64,000 nt of DNA from Octopus sinensis (lineage: Eukaryota), in NCBI RefSeq assembly GCF_006345805.1, contig NC_043004.1, positions 61,690,001 through 61,754,000 on the forward strand. Direction: 5' to 3'. The position numbers and the translations under genes are program-made. Position 1 is the first letter of the stretch, and the number at the start of each line of letters is the position of its first letter. This document shows, one piece after another, positions 55,907 through 64,000 of the stretch. Below the pieces are notes generated by a model that saw only the letters and a program-made list of their open reading frames with translations, was not told the DNA's origin and searched no databases.

Positions 55907-56741
55907 CTAGCAGTATTGCCCGGCTCGTGCGCTCGTGCGTTCTATGCACGCGCGAATTAGCTAAACTTGGATGAAGTTCAATCAAAATTCAGTTATATTG
56001 GTTTTAGAATCAAGCATTTAATGCCCTCTATTTTTGCGCTTATGTGTTCCATTTCCTCAATAGGAAGTACGTAGAAGCGTTTCATAAATTGTTGTTGATC
56101 AAATAATTGCATTGTTGAATTATTGTTTTAGATCAGTATTTCTCGACGGGGATTTCAGAGAGGAGTTTCAGGGAGTCGCTGGCGATGTATCGTGATTATC
56201 AAAAATCCGGCCTGCTAAAATTTGGTTGAAGTGATTCAAACAGCAGAATCAACGCAAAATGGTCACATTTAATTCAAAGCGTTAAAAATATTATGAAAAA
56301 AATTGGTATGTGTTCACAAAGTCCAAACGATTAATACGAAAAAACCCTCCAGGCTACATCCCGAAAGTTAATTTCTTTGCCGAATTTTGACAATGTTTAC
56401 GGCGATTCGTTTTTATATCTTGATTTTTTTTTATTTTTCATGCAATTTACGCATGCTTGCACGCGTGGTGAACACAGTTCAAGTCAAACAGCTGACTGAG
56501 TAAAGTTCACTATTCAATGCATGGGATAGGGTTTAAACAAACACAGTATCGATTTTTGCACTTGTGAGATGAATTTCGGAACAGAAATTATGCAGTTCAA
56601 TTTTCATTTGCCTAAACTTTAAGTGACCCAATTTTGGTGGTTCTACGATTTGTTGTCTAGGAGATGTGCCGGGAAATTAAACACACAGACACATACACAG
56701 ATACACACACAGGCACACAAGTTGACTTTTATATATATAGA
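55907..56741 (-). mobile_element. non-autonomous Helitron-like element (835 bp)
   Basis: Minus-strand 5' A|TCTATATATATAAAAGTCAACTTGTGTG at 56741; 3' GC-rich CGAGCGCACGAGCCGGGCAATACTG followed by CTAG|T at 55910-55906; no TSD. Confidence 0.75.
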
Positions 56742-56770
56742 TATATGTGTGTGTGTGTGTGTGTGTGTGT

Positions 56771-56986
56771 ATTCTTTTATTCTACTATTCCTTTACTTGT
56801 TTCTGTCATTTGACTGCGGCCATGCAGAAGCACCGCCTTGAGGTGTGTTAGTCGAATAGAACTTAGTAAATCTAGTACTTATTCTATCGGGCAATTTTGC
56901 GGAACCGCTGTCACGGTCACATAAACACACCAGCATCGACTGTGAAGCGATGGCGGAAGTGAGAGTACAAACACCGACAAACACCC

Positions 56987-57058
<72 letters not shown>

Positions 57059-57118
57059 GAAATATTAAAATTACTAAGTCTCTATAAGAATGCCATATTA
57101 ATATGGCGATAACAATTA

Positions 57119-57180
<62 letters not shown>

Positions 57181-57317
57181 GACGGTCTTCTTTTAGTTTC
57201 CGTCCACCAAATCCACTCGCAACGGTTATAATAGAAGATAGTTGCCGAAGGTGCCACGCAATGGGACTGAACCTGTAAGCATGAGATTGCGAAGCAAGCT
57301 TCTTACCACACAGCCAA
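56771..57317 (-). mobile_element. diverged SINE family 1 with an expanded internal microsatellite
   Basis: Tail TTTACTTGTTTCTGTCATTTGACTGCGGCCATGC at the left end, head CTTACCACACAGCCA at the right end. Confidence 0.8.
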
Positions 57318-57991
57318 ATATATCTGCGCATATGTGAATACAGATTTTGGTAACAGAAGGCCTCTCGAACAATCTCTTTTTGTCATTGTCTTTGATAATA
57401 TGATTAGAAATTGCTGTTTAAATGTATGACTTCTCCGAGTTTGTTGTAATAAATTCTCTTTGAATTCGACCTTCAACCATGATTCTGCCTTTATTTATTT
57501 TGCTTCATTGTTTAAAAGAGCTACATGTGTACCACTACACATGTGATTACTTTGGTAAGTTATCATCGCATGATGATAACAGTTTTTAGTTTATAACATT
57601 GATATGTGAGGTATAATGAACTCTGAAGTGTTATCTGTATGTGGACATTAATCATTACTAAACTGTATCTTTCTGACTACTTCAAATAATTTTCCTACTT
57701 CTTGATTGATGAGAACGGCATTTGTTTTTGCCTAACATTAGCAATTTTTGAAGGAGTTTCGGGTACTATAATGTTAACTGTAAAGATTGGGGAAATGCGA
57801 ACATTGATATTATGAACTATACATATGCTGGGGTGTACAATACCTTCAATATTTTCTTCTTCAGCTTCATACAGGAGGTATGAATTTGCCGACGTGAACT
57901 CCTTTATACCGGCCAACTGAATTCTCTACTTACGATTTTAATTGAAAATTTTCGTAAATTGTTGAAATTACTGTACATTATCTGCGGAACT

Positions 57992-58179
57992 CTCCTTCTT
58001 CTTCTTCTTCTTCTTCTTCTTCTTCTTCTTCTTCTTCTTCTTCTTCTTCTTCTTCTTCTTCTTCTTCTTCTTCTTCTTCTTCTTCTTCTTGTTCCTCTTC
58101 TTCTTCTTCTTCACCTTCCTCTCCTTCTTCTTGTCATTATTATTATTATTGTTATCATTATTATTATTATTATTATTAT

Positions 58180-58215
<36 letters not shown>

Positions 58216-58265
58216 CTTTATCACACTACTACTACTAATATTACTCCTACTACTACTACTACTAC

Positions 58266-58312
<47 letters not shown>

Positions 58313-58339
58313 ATATTATTATTATTATCATCATCATCA

Positions 58340-58410
<71 letters not shown>
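57992..58410. repeat. compound trinucleotide array (CTT)-(ATT)-(AGT)-(ACT)-(AAT)-(ATT)-(ATC)-(ATT)
   Basis: Direct reading. Confidence 0.95.
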
Positions 58411-59476
58411 AAGTAACTGTTTAATAAATGAAAGAGTAATCTATTGAGATTTCACAAATAAAATGTCTTCAATGAATATGAAAATATGGGGATTTCGGCG
58501 GGGCACAAAATGGAATTGAGGTCTATTAGTAAAATTCCATTCACATATGTCTCTCAACTTTTGTTTAAATATTATTTCTCACAATTAGAGTACTCGCAGT
58601 GCATATTGATGTACTATGCTTGATTACATCGTATATGTAACAGGAATGAGATATTAACTATGAAATTATGAAAGTTAAAATTTCAGAAAATGTAACAATA
58701 TTTTCAAGGAATGCAAAGGTATATACATTTCAGATTAAGAAGGAATTAAAGTTTTAGATCCTATAATCCTTCATTACCGATCGAGAAAAAAAAAACATAA
58801 TTTCGGAGAAATATTTGCCACAATTGCTTATTTAAACAAAAAAAAAAAAAAAAAAACGTATAGAGCAGAAAATAATATGAAAGTATTACTGACCAGAACG
58901 TGAAATTTCTCTACAATAATATTAACTAAATATACCAACTTCCATTTATTTGATTAAGCAATTCTTTTTGATTGTTATAGATAATCCCTTTATACATACG
59001 AGCATGACAGCGTGCATACAGGCACGGAATTAAACTCAAGTAGCAGCCAAATTATGTTATTGCATTAAGGAGTCACGGATTAATGCCACCTTCAAAATTT
59101 CAATTGTTTAGGAAATAATACAGAATATATTCTGGGAACGGGAGCCTTTATATTTTCAGATAATAACTTTAATTCAGTATTAAAGGGAAAAAAGTAAATA
59201 TTTTGTGGTATGTATAAAGGGAAGACTCACTTTGCGTAATGTTTGTGTCTCCGCATAAATCAATCGACGAGTACATGTTTAGAAATAGCATAAGGCGCTC
59301 ATTCCATCACTCCATCCACCCTCTCTCGGTGTTTCTGCTATATAATTTTTCTCCGTAGTGCTCATATATGAACGGGTATAGAAACAGATGTGGAGATAAT
59401 TAAATTAGATCAATATATAAATTACTTAATATACTTTATACATAGATCAGTCTAATTTATTTATCCCCACATTTGC

Positions 59477-59575
<99 letters not shown>

Positions 59576-59628
59576 TTATTGGTGAATTGAAGAAATGGAG
59601 CTGAACGCAGATTGAACAGAAATCGTTT

Positions 59629-59722
59629 TATTTCATTCTACACGTGTTTCGAAAGGCACAAATTACCAAAATCCGATTGAATAATGGGACCATATTGTGT
59701 CTTTCTCTTCAGGAAGAAAATA
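59629..59722 (-). ncRNA. type-I hammerhead ribozyme in the PLE 3' terminus
   Basis: Stem I TATTTTCTTC/GAATGAAATA (9 of 10 paired), CTGAAGA, stem II GAAAG.CACAA/TTGTG.CTTTC with G10.1-C11.1, GAAA, palindromic stem III ACACGTGT, GUA triplet (cut between 59639 and 59638). Confidence 0.8.
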
Positions 59723-60376
59723 GAAGATCCGTTGGAAAAACAAAAACAGAACAGAGGCGGAGCAAAAACAAATCGAACTATGCTCCTAAGAGCCCATGGC
59801 GAAACTGTTTATCAGTGTATGTTGAGAACCGGTGGCTGAAGAATTTAACGGGTCAGGCATCGGTCAATCATGTGGGTGAGGGTGTGTAGGTGTTCTTTGT
59901 GACCGAGAATAAAGTTCTGACTATTTAAGGAATATTGGATGTTTTATAAGGGGCGAGAAAAAATCTACTTAGAGACGTGTGTGCGTGTATACTGTTCTAT
60001 ATATGTGTGTGTTGGCGTAGGGGTAGAAAACATTTTTTGTGTACGTGTGTGCGTTTGATCGTTCGGCTGTCAGTGGCTACTGCCGTGAGAACCGTTGGGT
60101 GGCAGAAAAAAATATATATATATTATGTTTTATGTGTGTGTGTGTTCATCTAAGCCTGCCTTGTCAAGGAAACCCCCCGCTGTGCAAAAACCAAGCCCCG
60201 TTTGTCTTACAGGAGTAATTCCCCTTGCAGTGGTTAATCGTAGATATCTTAAAGGCTATTTCAGAATTTGTTACCAAGGGCTATGGGTGCCGGTATTATT
60301 TATAAACGCTATTTAAAAGCCAGATAAGTGTAACGCCGCCAATGGGGGCATCGAAAAGCCGACTGTAAAAGCCCGT

Positions 60377-60925
60377 TTACCATCCGACCTCTGGCAAACA
60401 AAGGTTGCACTGCCTTCTGCCCCTATCAAATGGGAGGGCCACCGACAAAATTGACCATTCCAGCCTGTAGCTTAAGTTCATATCCTTCAGTCGCCATATT
60501 AGCTTACTGAGTCCCGTGGTCTGGCGCTTGTTCATGTCCCGAAAAGTTGCGTAATGGTTGGAGACACGTAAAGACAATCTTGAGGATGAGGCCCCTACAT
60601 AAGTGAAGACATCTGAGTCCGTGTAAACCTTGCATTGGTAGACGGCGTTTTTGATCTTGGAGTTCGCCGACGTGAATCTTATTCTGCTAGGATTAGTTTC
60701 TGAAATTAGAACTGCGTTCCTGTCACTATATTCGTTCCGAGACCTGCAGCCGCTTACTACTCTATTTTCCACTACGTCACTATTAACTATAGGAATAACC
60801 CCTGATTCTCCACTATCTATCAGAGTGCTGTCATTGCTACTGCCCGTGGTGCTGCTATTGCGGGAAATGATGCTGGGGATGCTATTGGGGCTCTCTACCC
60901 TACTCCCATTGTTACCGTCAACCAC
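60377..60925 (-). CDS. PLE GIY-YIG endonuclease domain (transposon ORF remnant, frameshifted at both ends)
   Basis: NAVYQCKV...TYVG, R..NH, TTGLSKLIWRLKD, LEWSIL and CNLCL motifs typical of PLE endonucleases. Confidence 0.8.
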   Translation of the reverse strand: MVDGNNGSRVESPNSIPSIISRNSSTTGSSNDSTLIDSGESGVIPIVNSDVVENRVVSGCRSRNEYSDRNAVLISETNPSRIRFTSANSKIKNAVYQCKVYTDSDVFTYVGASSSRLSLRVSNHYATFRDMNKRQTTGLSKLIWRLKDMNLSYRLEWSILSVALPFDRGRRQCNLCLPEVGW

Positions 60926-61042
60926 AACTTATAACTATACCCCTAGTGGGTACTCCCTGGCTGGAGCTGAGATTATGTGTCACTGTACTGGCTCTCATAT
61001 CATTATTACTACTATAATTATTCCTACTGAGCATAATTTCAC

Positions 61043-61086
<44 letters not shown>

Positions 61087-61229
61087 TGTGCGTGTGTGTG
61101 TGTCTGTATACACACGCAGATCGAGGGAGATATATATAGGTAATATATATATACATATATAACTACGTATGACTGTATCTATGTGGGTATATTTGACGAA
61201 TTCCACCTTAAAATATTACGGCATTGAAT

Positions 61230-61375
<146 letters not shown>

Positions 61376-62351
61376 AGGGAAAGGAAGTGGTTGAGGATGG
61401 CAAAGGGGAGATGAGAAGTAGAAGTATTTTGATAATGTATTACAGATATGATTACGAACATCATTATTTACATGTCTTTGAAATTCATGGTATTATCTAC
61501 TAACGCTACTTTGCGTTAGAAAATCAGATATAACGTAAGTGCTATGTAATGGCCAAATATTATGATCAGTTTATTTAGATCGGTTTCATCAGTACCTGCA
61601 TGTTATCACATTGTCATTGGACATATACTGTTAAACCTGCAGATATCTGCAAAGTGTAATATGAGCATACTTCATTTTGTTTTTCATTTATTCATGCACA
61701 TAGGGAGATAATTCATTTTACTCTTTGCTTAAGTCAACGAAACACGACTCTGTTGAGTGTTTACATTTCATTGTGATCAGAAGTGTGATTTCTATAGATC
61801 CACCAACTGCATCAATATTTATGTGTGTATCATGGATCCCTATTTTCGAATGCTATCGTCCTTTTCCACATAAATAAATATTACATTACACATAGGATAC
61901 CACCTGTCAACATTAATCATAAGCATATACATATGTCAAAGACTATCAGGGAAAATATATATTTTATTTCAGGATTGTTGCTTATTTTTGCCAAAAAATA
62001 TATACGCACTATCTATTTTCTCTTCACTCGTTTATTATCCTTCTTATTTTAACTCATATCCGTCATACTGAAAATGTTACAAAGACACACAGACACACAC
62101 ACACACACAATCACACACACACTCTCACAAACATACACACACGCAAACACATACGGTATCTCACAGAAATATGTACGCCCTTAAAGTTTTTCGGTAAAAT
62201 TGCGTTTATTCTGATAATATCGACTGTCGCTGACAGCATACTACGTACTCTGGTACTTTACGTACTTCTCTTTACTTGTAGTGACTTGGTTACTCCATTC
62301 GTCACGTAGGAGAGTTGTACCATTATCATACATTCCCTACAACATTATTCT

Positions 62352-63014
62352 TTTCTACTCTAGGCACACGACTAGAAATTTTGGGAGAGAGGGCCAGTCG
62401 TGTAAATCGACCCCAGTACGCAACCGGTATTTAATTTATCGCCCCCGAAAAATGAAAGGCAAAGTAACTTAATTTATCGACCTTCCTCCCCAAAAGAATG
62501 AATGGTAATGTCGATCTCGGCGGAATTTGAACTCAGAACGTAACGGTAGACGAAATACCGCTAAGCATATCGCCCGGCGTGCTAACGTTTCTTATTCGTT
62601 TACTGCCCACAAGGGGCTACACATAATGGGGACAAACAATGAGAAACAAAGGGATTAAGTCGATTATATCGATACCACTGCGTAACTGGTACTTATTTAA
62701 TCGACCCAGTAAGGATGAAAGGCAAAGTCGACCTCGGCGGAATTTGAACTCTGAATGTAAAGACAGACGAATTACCAATTTCTATTTTTTTACTACCCAC
62801 AAGGGACTAAACACAGAGGGGACAAACAATGACAGGCAAACGGATTAAGTCGATTACATCGATCCCAGTGCGTAACTGGTACTTAATTTATAGACTCCTG
62901 AAGGATGAAAGGCAAAGTCGACCTCGGCGGAATTTGAACTCAGAACGTAACGGCAGACGAAATACGGCTACGCATTTCGCCCGGCGTCCTAACGTTTCTG
63001 CCAGCTCGCCTCCT
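62352..63014 (-). mobile_element. three head-to-tail SINE family 2 copies (63014-62777, 62775-62593, 62591-62352)
   Basis: GTCGA.CTCGGCGGAATTTGAACTC occurs three times; only the rightmost copy keeps the full head (AGGCGAGCTGGCAGAAACGTTAG on the minus strand). Confidence 0.85.
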
Positions 63015-64000
63015 TCTCTTTAACAATATTGAAGACGCACATACGATGACAAGCAGAAGGTAGGTGACGTTACACATTAGTATGCAAGTGTATACAAATA
63101 AATCGGTTGTGGAAAACAGTTTTGTCGTATAGAAGCAAAGACAGGATTTACTCTGAAATTTGAATCTAGAACACAAGGAGTTGAATACAAAGACAAGCAG
63201 AAAATTCAATGCACTTGGTAAAAGTTTTGCAAGATCTGAAAAATTTAAAATAATGGTATTGTACAAAAGATGCAACCTAGAATAAAAACGGTAAAAGGAA
63301 GTGAGGGAGCCACAGAAATTCTCTTTTAGGCAGAATAATCAATGCAATAGGGATGAAATAGTAGAATGTCATATGTGTGCAGAAACTGAGTTTCGGTACG
63401 CTAAATATCTCGTAGTAGTCTGTCATATGCTAAAAGTTGAATAAGAGATAGAGTGAGAGAGAAAGATAGAGAGAGAGAGAAAGAAAAATAGAGAAAGAAA
63501 AGCCTAATTCACATTGTAATTAGTAAACGAGAAAGAGAGAGAGAAACCTAAGATTAAAAGTTATAAATGTATGTACGTGTGTGAGTGAGAATGTGTGTGT
63601 ATGTGTGAAAGCTTGGGTGCAAATGTGTGCGGAAAAGCACTGCTGTGTGTGTGTCTGTATGTGTGTGCACTGCTGTGTGTGAAGAGAAATGTTGTTGACA
63701 ATTGGGCACAAATGTAACTCCATTCAGCTTTGACCCAAAGACATATAAGATTTGAAGAAGTTACGGTTCTATTCCCTCTGCATTATCTGGTGAGACATTC
63801 AGTGTTGGAGGGCAAGCTGAGAAATTGGGATGTTAGCTGTAGTGGACAGTTGAATAGAAATTTGAGGAAATTGGTCATTCGTTGTGAAGATTGATGACTG
63901 TAAATGGCTTTGCGAATCTTTTGAGCATTCGCTAATATATTTTAATATTGAAGAAGGAACAATGAAGTTCGCAAATGGAGTTTCTTGGAATACGTCGGAG

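Larger units (their letters stand above)
59575..61050 (-). mobile_element. 5'-truncated Penelope-like element: GIY-YIG endonuclease region and 3' pLTR, flanked by (TA)n
   Basis: ORF 60925-60377 with a PLE GIY-YIG signature, frameshifted end CPHWRRYTYLAFK, and a hammerhead in the terminal region. Confidence 0.8.

Noticed and set aside
57695-57916. 73-aa ORF or microexon candidates
   Set aside because: Splice-like signals on both strands conflict and there is no recognisable homology.
62500-62960. regularly spaced repeats resembling a CRISPR array
   Set aside because: The repeats are internal parts of stacked SINEs and the intervening sequences are homologous, not unique spacers; eukaryotic context.

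Overview
AT-rich eukaryotic intergenic or intronic DNA, most likely from a coleoid cephalopod (Octopus-like). That assignment is inferred from the very high (TA)n/(CA)n/(TAA)n density and the tRNA-derived SINE types, not from a database search. I cannot support any host protein-coding gene; almost all ORF-track entries are microsatellite read-throughs. The window holds at least three tRNA-SINE families, three decayed mariner copies (one full length with TIRs), a Tc1/mariner MITE and two non-autonomous Helitron-like elements. It also holds a stack of three R4/Dong-type LINE copies plus a 556-bp non-coding element in (TAA)n arrays, a HERO-like LINE fragment, Penelope-like (PLE) fragments and a tRNA-Lys(UUU) pseudogene. 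The most interesting signal is a set of short elements embedded in (TA)n, many of them near-perfect fold-backs, that carry type-I hammerhead ribozyme folds with different core variants. One is canonical and sits in the 3' end of a GIY-YIG PLE (59629-59722). One has the compensatory G3-C8 swap of the conserved C3-G8 core pair (44168-44217). In three unrelated fold-backs the hairpin centre lies directly 5' of the ribozyme. All ribozyme calls come from manual pairing and none has been tested.
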